Assembly: GCA_963725215.1 (NCBI GenBank)
Contig: CAVRXQ010000007.1
Coordinates: 658,743-722,742, forward strand
Source of the DNA: an uncultured Acidimicrobiaceae bacterium
GTDB lineage: Bacteria; Actinomycetota; Acidimicrobiia; Acidimicrobiales; Bog-793
Length of the DNA: 64,000 bases
Reading direction: 5' to 3'
Positions within the stretch are counted from its first letter, which is position 1; every line of letters begins with the position of its first letter. This document shows, piece after piece, positions 1 through 11,371 of this stretch. Both the position numbers and the translations under genes were made by a program. Under the pieces are notes generated by a model. That model had not been told where the DNA came from. It did not search any database and was given only the letters and a program-made list of their open reading frames with translations.

Positions 1-29
1 GTCCAGCTGAGGACGCCCGTCTGCGACCA

Positions 30-1034
30 GTGCCTTGGCACAGAATGGGCTGGGTCATCTGGCGGCATCATCGGGTCGCTCTGGCCGGCGTGGTGGCCTT
101 CCTCGGAGCACTGGCGGTGTGGCTATCGACCACCGGCCTTTCGGTGCACCACGAGTACGCCGCTGCGGTCGCCTGCCGTCCAGTGGGTTCGGCGAACTGC
201 ACCAACCTGGCCATCATCTTCGAGAGCACGAACTCGTTTCTGAAAGGTGGCTTCGTCCTACAGCCGGTGCCCGCGCTGATCGGGGCGTTCGTCGGATCAG
301 TGGTGCTGGCCCGTGAGTTTGAGACCGGAACCTTCCGCTATGCCTGGACCCAGGCCTTCGGTCGGTGGCGCTGGGCGGTCGCCAAGCTTGTGGCGCTCGG
401 TGTCGCAGTGGCTGCCCTCGCCGCAGCCTTCGGCGTCTTGTTGTCCTGGTACTACCAGCCCTATGTCGCCGCGCAGAACGCCCCCAACGTGTCCGGGGCG
501 AGCCCGCTCTCTGCCGGGCTGTTCGACCTCCGCCCGGTCGCGCTCGCCGGATGGACGCTCACCGCCTTCGCGATCGGCGTCCTCGCCGGCATGCTCATCC
601 GCCGGATCGTGCCCGCGATCGTCGCCACCCTCGCCGCCTATACAGCGCTTGCTCTCCTGACGGCGAATGTCCTGCGCCAGCACTACCTCGCGCCGCTCGT
701 CGCGAGAAATCTGAACATACCTGGCTCGGCTTGGGTCATAAGCGAGTGGTGGACGAAGGCCGGCAAGTTCGTGTTCGGAAGCCGAGTGCCTCTCGGTCTG
801 CTCCCGCAGCTCTGCCCTTCATCTTTCGTTGCATCTGGCCACGGCGGCGTCACAACTTCCGGCTCCCTCACCCCAACGCAGTGTCTCCTTCAGCACGGCT
901 ACACCGAATGGGCCGACTACCAGCCGATCAGCCACTTCTGGCCCTTCCAGTGGATCGAGGGGGGCTGGCTGCTCGCACTGTCAGCGCTGCTTGTCACCGT
1001 GACCGTCTTGCTTGTCCGCCGTCGAGCGGCATGA
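30..1034 (+). CDS. polytopic membrane protein, ABC-2-type transporter permease-like
   Basis: 334-aa ORF with several hydrophobic segments (VALAGVVAFLGALAVWL, WAVAKLVALGVAVAALAAAFGVLL, GWLLALSALLVTVTVLLV) and a large loop after TM1, as in ABC-2 permeases. Family call is by resemblance only. Confidence 0.45.
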   Translation: MPWHRMGWVIWRHHRVALAGVVAFLGALAVWLSTTGLSVHHEYAAAVACRPVGSANCTNLAIIFESTNSFLKGGFVLQPVPALIGAFVGSVVLAREFETGTFRYAWTQAFGRWRWAVAKLVALGVAVAALAAAFGVLLSWYYQPYVAAQNAPNVSGASPLSAGLFDLRPVALAGWTLTAFAIGVLAGMLIRRIVPAIVATLAAYTALALLTANVLRQHYLAPLVARNLNIPGSAWVISEWWTKAGKFVFGSRVPLGLLPQLCPSSFVASGHGGVTTSGSLTPTQCLLQHGYTEWADYQPISHFWPFQWIEGGWLLALSALLVTVTVLLVRRRAA

Positions 1035-1587
1035 CCGCGTCGAACCGGTCTCGACGTTGCAGTCGTGAGTGCCACATAACGCGCGGCGATTAGGTGGCAA
1101 GGCCCTCGCCCCGAGGTGCCTGCTTGAGACTTCTGAGAGACGCGGCGGTTGATTCGTAGCGTTTAGAGGTCCGGGCGGAGTTGGTTACGAAGTGCCTGCC
1201 GCCGCTTTGTCGGTTGGCTTTTTAACGAAGAGCGTCCGCTCGGATCTTGCCGCGGCGTGGCTCGAAAGAGGAACGTGCACGAACAATCTCAAGCAGGAGT
1301 GCCGCACCGACTCGGCGCGGCTCGGACGCGCGCGCTCGAAACACGGTCAGAAGAGCTTCTTGACACAAAGAGGATTCGTTAGGGGCGCCCCCAAAGCGCG
1401 GTTATACGGGTGATCTCTCATGCGCAAGTACGCGGACGCGCTCTCGGGACTGGCAATCGCGCCGGTCAAGATTCCGTCGAAGCGCAGCACTCCGAAACGG
1501 ATTGCTCGGAGATCGCGCACGTAGCGCGCACGCTGGCTACCGAGCTGCGAAGGCGCTAGAGCAGAAAGTCCACTGAGCTGGGTAAAT

Positions 1588-1617
1588 GGTAGAGCGGGCG
1601 ACGGTAGAGCGGGCGAC
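1588..1617. repeat. perfect tandem duplication (2 x 15 nt, ggtagagcgggcgac) covering the 3-prime acceptor arm of tRNA-Gly
   Basis: Read directly: 1588-1602 and 1603-1617 are identical. The inner copy supplies the tRNA acceptor 3-prime strand. Confidence 0.85.
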
Positions 1618-1678
1618 GGGAATCGAACCCGCATGGCCAGCTTGGAAGGCTGGAACTCTGCCATTGAGCTACGCCCGC
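1608..1678 (-). tRNA. tRNA-Gly (anticodon UCC)
   Basis: Minus strand reads gcgggcg-ta-gctcaatggcagagt-t-ccagc-cttccaa-gctgg-ccat-gcggg-ttcgatt-cccgt-cgcccgc-t. Full cloverleaf with a TTCGATT T-loop and anticodon loop CUUCCAA. CCA is not encoded. Confidence 0.88.
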
Positions 1679-1752
1679 GAAACCGGGTCAGGTTACCAAC
1701 GAGAAGTCCCAGCTCCCGGTGGAACGAGAGGTACAAGTACGTTTTCGTCTCC

Positions 1753-2730
1753 ATGGCGCTCGCGTTCGGACTCGACGTCGGCGGGACCAAGATTCTCGGC
1801 GCCGCTGTGGACGAGTCCGGCGCGGTTCTCGCGGAGTTCAAACGCCCGTCGGTCAACTCGCGTGCAGCGATGCTTCAAGGGCTGGAAGACGTGGCGGCGG
1901 ATCTCGCCGACTTCGTCTCCGGGCTCGGAACCGAACTCGTCGGCGTCGGGATCGGCGTTCCGGGACTCGTCGACCGGGAAGGGGTCATGCACCAGGCTCC
2001 GAACCTTCCCGCAGCCGAGGAGCTTGCCGTCCGCACCGAGATGGCAAAACGCTTTGAAAGTCGGATTCCCGGCTGGCCGGGGCCGCGCCTCGTCGTCGAC
2101 AACGACGGAATGTGCGCGATCGCGGGCGAGGTCGTATTCGGAGCCGGCCGCGGTCTGAGCGACGCGCTGATGGTTTCGTTGGGGACAGGGATCGGCGGCG
2201 GCATCGTGGCTTCGGGTCGGGTCGTGCGCGGAGGACATGGTTTCGCCGGCGAGATCGGCCACATGGTCGTCGCCGCGGACGGGCCGCGATGTGTTTGCGG
2301 ACGTTTGGGCTGCTGGGAGCAGTTTGTCTCCGGTAGTGGTCATCGGCGTCTCGCCCGAGCGGCGGCCGCCGCCGGACGGGCGACGATGGTGCTCGCGCTC
2401 GCGGGCGGCGACGTCGATCAGATCGAAAGCGCGCACGTCTTCACAGCGGCCCGTTCGGGCGACCTCGAAGCATGGGGGATCGTCGACACGATTGCGAAGT
2501 ACCTTGCGATCGGGATCGCAAACCTCGTCGAAATCCTCGACCCGCTCGCGGTGATCATTGGCGGGGGAGCCGCGGGTGACGCCGATCTCTTCCTGCCCGC
2601 AACCCGGGAGTACTTCGGACAGACGAGGAGGGGTTCGGGCGAAAATCCAGCCGAGATCCGACTCGCGGAATTGGGTCCGCGTGCTGGAGCGGTCGGGGCG
2701 GCCGCAATGGCGCTCGGACTCATCGACTGA
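1753..2730 (+). CDS. ROK-family glucokinase / sugar kinase
   Basis: Has the N-terminal ATP-binding motif LDVGGTKI, a GIGVPG motif and the ROK zinc motif CVCGRLGCWEQ. Start is placed at ATG 1753 (MALAFGLDVGGTK), because the longer ORF from 1633 overlaps the tRNA. Confidence 0.85.
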   Translation: MALAFGLDVGGTKILGAAVDESGAVLAEFKRPSVNSRAAMLQGLEDVAADLADFVSGLGTELVGVGIGVPGLVDREGVMHQAPNLPAAEELAVRTEMAKRFESRIPGWPGPRLVVDNDGMCAIAGEVVFGAGRGLSDALMVSLGTGIGGGIVASGRVVRGGHGFAGEIGHMVVAADGPRCVCGRLGCWEQFVSGSGHRRLARAAAAAGRATMVLALAGGDVDQIESAHVFTAARSGDLEAWGIVDTIAKYLAIGIANLVEILDPLAVIIGGGAAGDADLFLPATREYFGQTRRGSGENPAEIRLAELGPRAGAVGAAAMALGLID

Positions 2731-2776
2731 CCCTTCGGGCTGACGAGGGTCAGTAGCGTCGCCGATTCCTGATCTC

Positions 2777-3434
2777 TCAGTGCCGCGGCGAGAGCAGTTC
2801 TCTCGCGAACCGTACGAGCTCGGCGTTGTCCCTCGCGAGTCGACCGTCCGGAAGAACAGGCGTGTCCTCGATTCCGGTCCTCACCCCGTGACCCCGAGTC
2901 GCTCCGTATCTATTCACCGCCCAACTCGCGATCCCGTCGCCGTGATAGACGCGCGGCAGGTCTATTTCCGCGCGTTCGAGGATTGTCTCCATCTCTTTCG
3001 CGTGCTCGACCGCTTCATCGGCGTTCGCATCCAGAGGTTCGAGCAACACCCGGACACAGCGCATCGCGATTCCGGATCCCGCGAACGCCTCCGCGTCCTC
3101 GACGGCCAACAGGCCGGCCTCGATGCCTACGCCACGGGAGATCAATAGTTCGCACACCGCCGCGATGTCCTCTTCGCCTTGATTGGCGGTCACCAAGTCG
3201 GGAAGCGCCGTCCACTTCGCGATCGCCTCGAGTTTCGCCTTCGCGCTCGGAGCGAGTCCGTCCCGCGTCGTGAGGGAGATAGAAGCCTGAGAAACGAGCG
3301 CGCGGATTGCTTCGACGACGGCGGCGTTCGGTCCAGCGGACAATGTCTCTTCTCCGTCGTCTTTCAGATGCGGTGCGGGGAACGTTCGGGTGCTCGTCGA
3401 GACGGCGCGCACCGTTTAGCGCAGCCTGCAACAT
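2777..3434 (-). pseudogene. BKACE/DUF849 (3-keto-5-aminohexanoate cleavage enzyme family) gene, disrupted near its 5-prime end
   Basis: The 211-aa ORF (2777-3412) carries a BKACE-like body. The expected N-terminus MLQAALNGARRLDEHPNVPRT lies in another frame (ORF starting 3434). About 17 aa that normally sit between VPxT and the HxH(P/V)RD motif appear to be missing. Confidence 0.45.
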
Positions 3435-3557
3435 GGCAGCTCCTTTGTTCGCGTCGAGTCAGGCGGCGCCGGCACCCCGGAAATCTTCGCCTCGGGTTGT
3501 TAGGCGCGCCGAGTAGGCGCGACCGAAGCGTCGGAGTTGTGCACAATGGGTGGCGGG

Positions 3558-3632
3558 TCGGGGAGGGGAGATTCGAACTCCCGGCCTCCTGCTCCCAAAG
3601 CAGGCGCGCTAACCAAGCTGCGCCACTCCCCG
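3558..3632 (-). tRNA. tRNA-Pro (anticodon UGG)
   Basis: Minus strand reads cggggag-tg-gcgcagcttggttagcgc-g-cctgc-tttggga-gcagg-aggcc-gggag-ttcgaat-ctccc-ctccccg-a. Complete cloverleaf. Confidence 0.88.
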
Positions 3633-3766
3633 GCACGACCGATCGTACGGCCACCGTTCGAGCGCGCGGAAGCCGCTCGCGCGAGGTCGGTAGGGGACAT
3701 TGTTCCTCGCAGAGGGCGGGATCGGCCGGATTCGGCGGGAAGGTCGACCGGTAAGCTCGCCGCCTC

Positions 3767-5144
3767 ATGCGCACCTCGGTCGAGCAGTTAGAGGGCAACC
3801 TGGTCAAACTGCGCGTCGAGGTCGACGACGACGAAGTCGCCGAAGCAGAAGCCCGAGCCCTTAGCCGCCTCACCCGAGAGGCGCGCATACCGGGGTTCCG
3901 CCCGGGCAAAGTTCCCCGTCGGGTCATCGAAGCGCGCCTCGGTCCCAAGGCGATACGTGAACAGGCGCTCCACGACGTCTTGCCCAGCCTGTATGGCGAG
4001 GCGGTCGCCGAGTCCGCGCTCGACGTCATCGCCAACCCGCAAATCGACATCACTTCCGGTTCTGAATCCGGTTCGGTGAGCTTCGACGCAATCGTCGAGA
4101 TCCGGCCCGAAGTGACGATTCCCGGCTACGAGGGGCTCGTCGTGACCGTTCCGAACCCAAATGTCACCCCGGTAGACGTCGACACGCAACTCGAGAGGAT
4201 GCGCGAGCAGTTCGCCACGCTGACCGAAGTCGGAAGACCGGCGCGGAACGGAGACGTGCTGACGCTCGACGTTCACGGGACAAGAGACGGTGTCCCCGCG
4301 GAGGGCCTCGTCGCCGACGATCTCGTCTACGAGCTCGGGACCGGAGGGATCGCGGCGGGAATTGACGAGAAGCTGCACGGTGCCAAAGTCGGTGACATCT
4401 TCGAGATGGACGCCGATGACGTTCCCGGCGGGCCGGCGCAGTTGCGCATCCTCGTCAAACAGGTCCGAGAAAAGGTCCTTCCCGACCTCGACGACGCTTT
4501 CGCCTCAGACGCCTCCGAGTTCGAGACGCTCGCAGAGCTGCGGGAGGACCTCGAGCGCCGCCTCGGCGATCTCAAGCGCCGGCAGGCCGCGGCGGTTTAT
4601 CGCGCTCGCGCGCTCGACGCGCTCGGTGACCTTGTCGCGGAGGAGCTTCCGACCACCCTCGTCGCCGACGAGGCTCAGCGACTCCTCGACGATTTCGTCA
4701 GGCGGCTGCAACAACGCCAGGTGACATTCGCGAACTACCTCGAAGCGACCGGGCTCGACGAACAGACGGTATATCGCGGACTTCCAGCGCGAGGCGGAAA
4801 AGATCGTGCGAGCGGACCTCGCGCTTCGTGCACTTGCTGACAAAGAGGAGATCGAAGTCGACGAGTCCGACGTCGACGAAGAGATCGTCCATCTCGCCGG
4901 TCACGCGCAGACGACGCCTGCGAAGATGCGCGAGACGTTGGAACAGGGTGGGCGATTGAGCGGACTACGCTCGCAAATGAAGAGCGCGAAAGCGTTGCGT
5001 TGGCTCATCGACCACGTGAGTGTGGTGGATGAGGAGGGAAGCCCTGTGGATCGATCGTTACTCGCCATCGACGAGTCGGATGACATCCACGCGACCGATC
5101 GACCGGAAGAATCCGCCGCGATCACCGAGGAGGTTGCGAAGTGA
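3767..5144 (+). CDS. tig: trigger factor, interrupted by a 1-nt frameshift near 4769-4773
   Basis: The N-terminal 357-aa ORF ([19 protein letters not shown]...[15 protein letters not shown]) is trigger factor. The C-terminal domain continues in another frame ([30 protein letters not shown]..., ORF 4806-5144). Position upstream of clpP-clpX is canonical. Confidence 0.9.
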
Positions 5145-5770
5145 GCGCCTACGACTATCTCGTTCCGATGGTCGTCGAATCATCGAGCAAGGGTGAGCGC
5201 TCGTACGACTTGTATTCGCGCCTGCTTCGTGACCGGATCATCTTCATCGGCACGCCGATCGATGACACCGTCGCGAACCTCGTGTCCGCGCAGATGCTGT
5301 TCTTGGAGTCCGAAGATCAGGACAAGGACATCAACATCTACATCAACTCTCCGGGCGGCGAGATCACTGCGCTGTTCGCGATCTACGACACGATGAAATA
5401 CGTGCGACCCGACAAGTCGACCTTCTGTTTCGGTCAGGCAGCGTCGGCGGCGGCGGTGCTCCTCGCATCGGGCACCAAGGGCAAGCGATTCGCCCTGCCC
5501 CACGCGCGCATCTTGTTGCACCAGCCCTACGGGGGTGCTGCCGGTCAGGCGACAGACATCGAGCTGCAGGCGAAAGAGATCCTCCGCATGCGCGACATGC
5601 TGAACGAGATGCTGGCGACAGACACAGGGCAGACGATCGAGAAGATCCAGCGAGACACGGACCGCGACTTTGTCATGAGTGCGGATGACGCCCGCGAGTA
5701 CGGTCTTATCGACGAGGTGATCACGACCCGGGAATCCGTCGACACGCTGTCGGCGGCCGGGGCGGCCTGA
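5141..5770 (+). CDS. clpP: ATP-dependent Clp protease proteolytic subunit
   Basis: Motifs [29 protein letters not shown] (Ser nucleophile) and LLHQP (His). The GTG start overlaps the tig stop (GTGA). Confidence 0.95.
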   Translation: MSAYDYLVPMVVESSSKGERSYDLYSRLLRDRIIFIGTPIDDTVANLVSAQMLFLESEDQDKDINIYINSPGGEITALFAIYDTMKYVRPDKSTFCFGQAASAAAVLLASGTKGKRFALPHARILLHQPYGGAAGQATDIELQAKEILRMRDMLNEMLATDTGQTIEKIQRDTDRDFVMSADDAREYGLIDEVITTRESVDTLSAAGAA

Positions 5771-5782
5771 GCTGGAGGGATC

Positions 5783-7057
<1,275 letters not shown>

Positions 7058-8434
7058 TCGCCCGACTGGACACCCGGCGGGTCAAGACGGCGAGTCGCTG
7101 GGCGAGGTCTTCGCCTGGCTCGACCGACACATCAACCTCGAAGCGATCGAGCGCGGGCGGGCCGGCGCGGCGGCGGATCCCACTTTGGAGCGCATCGCGA
7201 ACCTGGCGAGCGCGATGGGGGATCCCGAGCACACATTCCCGATCGTGCACGTCACGGGGACGAACGGGAAAGGCTCGACGTCACGCATCGCGTCGTCGCT
7301 CTTGCGGGCGAACGGGCTCTCGGTCGGCACGTATACGAGCCCTCACCTCGAGCGGCTGAACGAGCGGATCGCGTACAACGGCGCGCCGATCTCCGACGAC
7401 GACCTGCGCGACGTGCTTTTGGCGATCGAGCAGTTGGAGGGGTTCGTACTCGACGCGCACCCGAAGATGCTCCCTCCGACCTGGTTCGAGCTCGTCACCG
7501 CAGCCGCTTATCGGTACCTCGCCGACGTCGCGGTCGAATCCGCGGTGATCGAAGTCGGCATTGGCGGTACGTATGACGCGACGAACATCGCCGATGCGAA
7601 GGTCGCGGTCGTGACGAACATCGAGTACGACCACACGAATATTTTGGGGAACACCCGCGAGGAGATCGCGATCGAAAAGGCGGGCATCATCAAACGCGAC
7701 TCGCTCGCCGTGATCGGCGAAGAAGATCCGGCGATCGTCGAGATCTTCCGCCGCCAGGCGCTCGACGTCGGCGCGGAAGGGATGTGGCGACGGGGCACGG
7801 AGTTCGCGTGCACGGAGAATCTCGTTGCGTTGGGCGGCCGTGTGATTTCTGTGCGCACACCGTCTGCCGAGTACGAGGACGTCTTCATGCCGCTTTATGG
7901 CGCGCATCAGGGTGAGAATGCGTCGCTCGCGATCGCTGCGACAGAAGCGTTCTTTGGCGCACCGCTCGACTACGACGTGGTCAACGAGGCCCTCGAACAC
8001 ATCGAGGTCCCGGGACGTCTCGAGATCGTCGGTCGCCACCCCCTCGTGCTTCTCGACGGCGCGCACAACGTCGCGGGCGCCTCAGCGCTCGGCCAAGCTC
8101 TCGCCGAGGACTTCGCAGCGATCAAGCGCATCGTCTTGGTGTTCGGGTGTCTTTCGGGGCGCGACCCCGCGGCACTCGTCGAGGCGATCGGAGTCGAGCG
8201 CTTGGCTCACGTCATCTCGTGCGCGCCACCGTCGTTGCGCGCGATTCCGGCCGACCTTGAGGCAAAGGAGATCGAGCGTCTTCCGGTGACCGTGTCGGTA
8301 TCCGACAGCGTGGCGAGCGCGCTCGCGGAGGCAGAAGAGCGCGCCGGGCGCGACGGAATGGTGCTCGTGTGCGGCTCGCTGTATTTAGTCGGCGCGGCGC
8401 GAGAACACCTCAGCTACTAGTGTCTCGGCCCGCT

Positions 8435-8845
8435 ATGGGCCGGACGCTCGTGCTGTTGAAGCCAGACGCCGTGGAACGGCGACTCGTCGGAGAGATCGTC
8501 GCGCGCATCGAGGCGAAGGGCCTCACCATCGTGGCGATGCGATTGCGCACCGTCGAAGCCGAGCTCGCGCAGGCGCACTACGCGGAGCACCGGGAACGTC
8601 CGTTCTTCGGCGACTTGGTGAAGTTCCTGACGAGCGCCCCGATCGTCACGATGGTCGTCGAAGGACCCGCGGACACTTGGCGCATCGTGCGCACCTTGAT
8701 GGGTGCGACCGATCCCGCAGAGGCGGCTCCCGGGACGATCCGGGGTGACCTCGCGGCGTCAATGCCCGACAATTTGATCCACGGATCTGACTCCCCGGAG
8801 GCCGCGGAACGCGAGATCGCCCTGTTCTTCCCCGATTTGGCGTAA
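8435..8845 (+). CDS. ndk: nucleoside-diphosphate kinase
   Basis: [26 protein letters not shown]..., RGDL...NLIHGSDS with the active-site His. Start is at ATG 8435. Confidence 0.93.
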   Translation: MGRTLVLLKPDAVERRLVGEIVARIEAKGLTIVAMRLRTVEAELAQAHYAEHRERPFFGDLVKFLTSAPIVTMVVEGPADTWRIVRTLMGATDPAEAAPGTIRGDLAASMPDNLIHGSDSPEAAEREIALFFPDLA

Positions 8846-8922
8846 ATGCGCCCCCAGTTGAGGGCCTACCATTAGGCCCGTAGCCTCGGGCGACGCAGAC
8901 GACGAGCAAAGAGAGAAGAGTC

Positions 8923-9954
8923 GTGGCAAACACCTTCATGGGCTTCGGCGCTCGCGACATCGCGGTCGACTTGGGGACTGCGAACACCCTCGTTTACGTA
9001 CGGGGCAAGGGAATCGTCTTGAACGAGCCCTCGGTCGTCGCCATCAACGTCATAGACGGACAGCCCCTCGCAGTCGGCTCAGACGCGAAAAGGATGATCG
9101 GACGCACCCCGAGCACGATCCAGGCGATCCGCCCGCTGAAAGACGGCGTGATCGCGGATTTCGAAGTCTGCGAGATGATGCTCCGCTACTTCATCCGCAA
9201 GGTGCACCCCTCGCGCTTTTCGAAGCCGCGCATCGTCATCTGCGTGCCCTCCGGGATCACCGGCGTCGAAAAGCGCGCCGTGCAGGAAGCCGCGGAATAC
9301 GCCGGTGCGCGAAAGGCGTACATCTTGGAAGAGCCGATGGCCGCGGCGATTGGCGCGGGACTTCCCGTGCACGAGCCGACGGGAAACATGGTCGTCGACA
9401 TCGGCGGTGGAACGACCGAGGTCGCGGTGATCTCGCTCGGTGGCATCGTGACGAGCCAGTCGATCCGCATCGCCGGTGACGAGTTGGACGCGGCGATTAT
9501 CAACTTCGTGAAAAAGCAGTACAGCCTGGCGCTCGGCGAGCGCACGGCGGAAGAGATCAAGATCACGATCGGCTCGGCCTACCCGCTCGAAGAAGAGCTC
9601 CACGCCGAGATCCGCGGCCGTGATCTCGTCACCGGGCTTCCGAAGACCGTCATCACCTCGACCCAGGACGTGCGCTCGGCGATCGAAGAGCCCGTGGCGG
9701 CGATCGTCGACGCGATCAAAGAGACGCTCGACAAGACCCCTCCCGAGCTCGTTGGCGACATCGCCACCCAGGGCCTCGTTCTCACCGGAGGCGGGGCGCT
9801 GTTGAACGGGCTAGACGTGCGGCTGCAGGAAGAGACGCACCTGCCGATCGTCGTCGCGCAGGACCCGCTGAACTGCGTCGCGGTGGGTGGCGGCATGTGC
9901 CTCGAAGAGTTCGACGCGCTCCGCACCGTTCTCGCCACCGCTTCGAACCGTTAG
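8923..9954 (+). CDS. mreB: rod shape-determining protein MreB
   Basis: [30 protein letters not shown], and actin-like fold motifs. Followed by mreC and mreD. Confidence 0.95.
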   Translation: MANTFMGFGARDIAVDLGTANTLVYVRGKGIVLNEPSVVAINVIDGQPLAVGSDAKRMIGRTPSTIQAIRPLKDGVIADFEVCEMMLRYFIRKVHPSRFSKPRIVICVPSGITGVEKRAVQEAAEYAGARKAYILEEPMAAAIGAGLPVHEPTGNMVVDIGGGTTEVAVISLGGIVTSQSIRIAGDELDAAIINFVKKQYSLALGERTAEEIKITIGSAYPLEEELHAEIRGRDLVTGLPKTVITSTQDVRSAIEEPVAAIVDAIKETLDKTPPELVGDIATQGLVLTGGGALLNGLDVRLQEETHLPIVVAQDPLNCVAVGGGMCLEEFDALRTVLATASNR

Positions 9955-9969
9955 ACACGGGCACTCGCC

Positions 9970-10800
9970 GTGGCGTCGAGCCGGCGAACGAACCAGCGCC
10001 TCACGTTGTTGATGCTGGTCCTCGCGTCCGTGACCGCTTTGACCCTCGATTATCGGGGCTCTGTCGCGCATGGCATCACACATGTCAGAAACGGGATCCA
10101 AGACGTCTTGAGTCCGATCCAGCGCGGGATCTCGTTCGTCTTGAACCCCGTCGGCAACGTCTTCGCAGGAGCGCTGCACTACGGGTCGCTCGAGACACAA
10201 AACCAGCGACTGCGTGAGACGGTCGGCAACTTGCGTCGCGAGCTCGCCGCCGACCAGGTCGCTCAATCCCAATCGCAAAAGGTGCTCGCGCTCGCCAACC
10301 TGCCGTATGTGAACGGCATACCGATGATCGCGGCCGAAGTGATCGGACCCGCGACCTCGAATTTCCAACAGACCTTGGAGATCGACAAAGGGACGTCCTC
10401 TGGCGCTGGACCGGGCATGCCCGTCGTCGGCGAGTCGGGCCTCGTCGGCGTGATCTCGACGTCTTCGTCATCGGCGGCGAACGTCATGCTCGTCACCGAC
10501 GCTTCGTCGTCGATCGCGGTGCGCGTCGGCGCGACTGGCCTTTACCGCGCGCAAGGAGGCGGACGAGGCCGGGCGATCAACCTCACCTACGTCGGCGGTT
10601 CTAGCGCGGCGAGAATCGGAGAGCTCGTGTATACGAGCGGGCTCGGCGGCGGCGCGATCCCGGCCGGGATCCCAGTCGGTGTTGTTTCGTCGGTGAAGAC
10701 CTCGACGACTGGTGCCGCGGCGTCGATCTTTGTCACGCCGATCGTGAACTTCGTCAATTTGCAGTACGTCGACGTCCTCGAGTGGCTCGAGCCCGCATGA
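9970..10800 (+). CDS. mreC: rod shape-determining protein MreC
   Basis: N-terminal TM anchor, a coiled-coil segment (LETQNQRLRETVGNLRREL), then beta-rich domains (GMPVVGESGLVGVI). Sits between mreB and mreD. Confidence 0.85.
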   Translation: MASSRRTNQRLTLLMLVLASVTALTLDYRGSVAHGITHVRNGIQDVLSPIQRGISFVLNPVGNVFAGALHYGSLETQNQRLRETVGNLRRELAADQVAQSQSQKVLALANLPYVNGIPMIAAEVIGPATSNFQQTLEIDKGTSSGAGPGMPVVGESGLVGVISTSSSSAANVMLVTDASSSIAVRVGATGLYRAQGGGRGRAINLTYVGGSSAARIGELVYTSGLGGGAIPAGIPVGVVSSVKTSTTGAAASIFVTPIVNFVNLQYVDVLEWLEPA

Positions 10801-10831
10801 GGACACCTGACGTGAGCTCCGGAGCGATCAG

Positions 10832-11371
10832 ATGACGACGGCGAACTGGGCGCGCTTGTTGCTCGTCGTCGTGGTGGCGCTCGTCGCGCAAGTCGCGGTG
10901 TTGGACAACGTCACGCTGCTTGGCGCGCACCCTGACGTGATGGTGCTCATTGCCGCGGCAGCGGGCATCGCACAGGGTTCGGGTCGCGGCGCAATCGCGG
11001 GATTCGTCGCCGGTGTCGCGGCTGATCTCGTCGTGACCATGCCCTTCGGGTTGTCGGCGCTGACCTTCACCTTGATCGGCTTCGGCACCGGGCTCCTGCG
11101 TCCGACGCTCGTCGCCCGCGACGTGGACAGTCCTCAGGTCGCGGCGTGCATCGGTGCCGCAGCGGTGGCGACGATCCTCTACGCGATCATCGGCACGATC
11201 GCCGGAAAACACGGGCTGATCGGAGCCGCGACAGCGGAGGCGGTGTTGTCCGTCACACTCGGGGCCGTGGTGCTCTCGTACCCGGTGTTGCGGATCACGC
11301 GCTGGGCGTTCTCGGGCACGCGCACGGAGATCGGGCTGTCGGTGCCGCCGGGCGGGAGCGCGATGTCGTGA
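10832..11371 (+). CDS. mreD: rod shape-determining protein MreD
   Basis: 179-aa protein with multiple hydrophobic segments immediately after mreC. Call rests mainly on synteny. Confidence 0.75.
   Translation: MTTANWARLLLVVVVALVAQVAVLDNVTLLGAHPDVMVLIAAAAGIAQGSGRGAIAGFVAGVAADLVVTMPFGLSALTFTLIGFGTGLLRPTLVARDVDSPQVAACIGAAAVATILYAIIGTIAGKHGLIGAATAEAVLSVTLGAVVLSYPVLRITRWAFSGTRTEIGLSVPPGGSAMS

Noticed and set aside
1347-1856. 169-aa minus-strand ORF
   Set aside because: It runs straight through tRNA-Gly and the start of the ROK kinase gene. No recognisable motifs.
11146-11367. Longest-ORF start for PBP2 at 11146
   Set aside because: It lies entirely inside mreD with Arg/His/Gly-rich off-frame composition. 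GTG 11368 gives the standard GTGA coupling and a normal cytoplasmic tail plus TM anchor.
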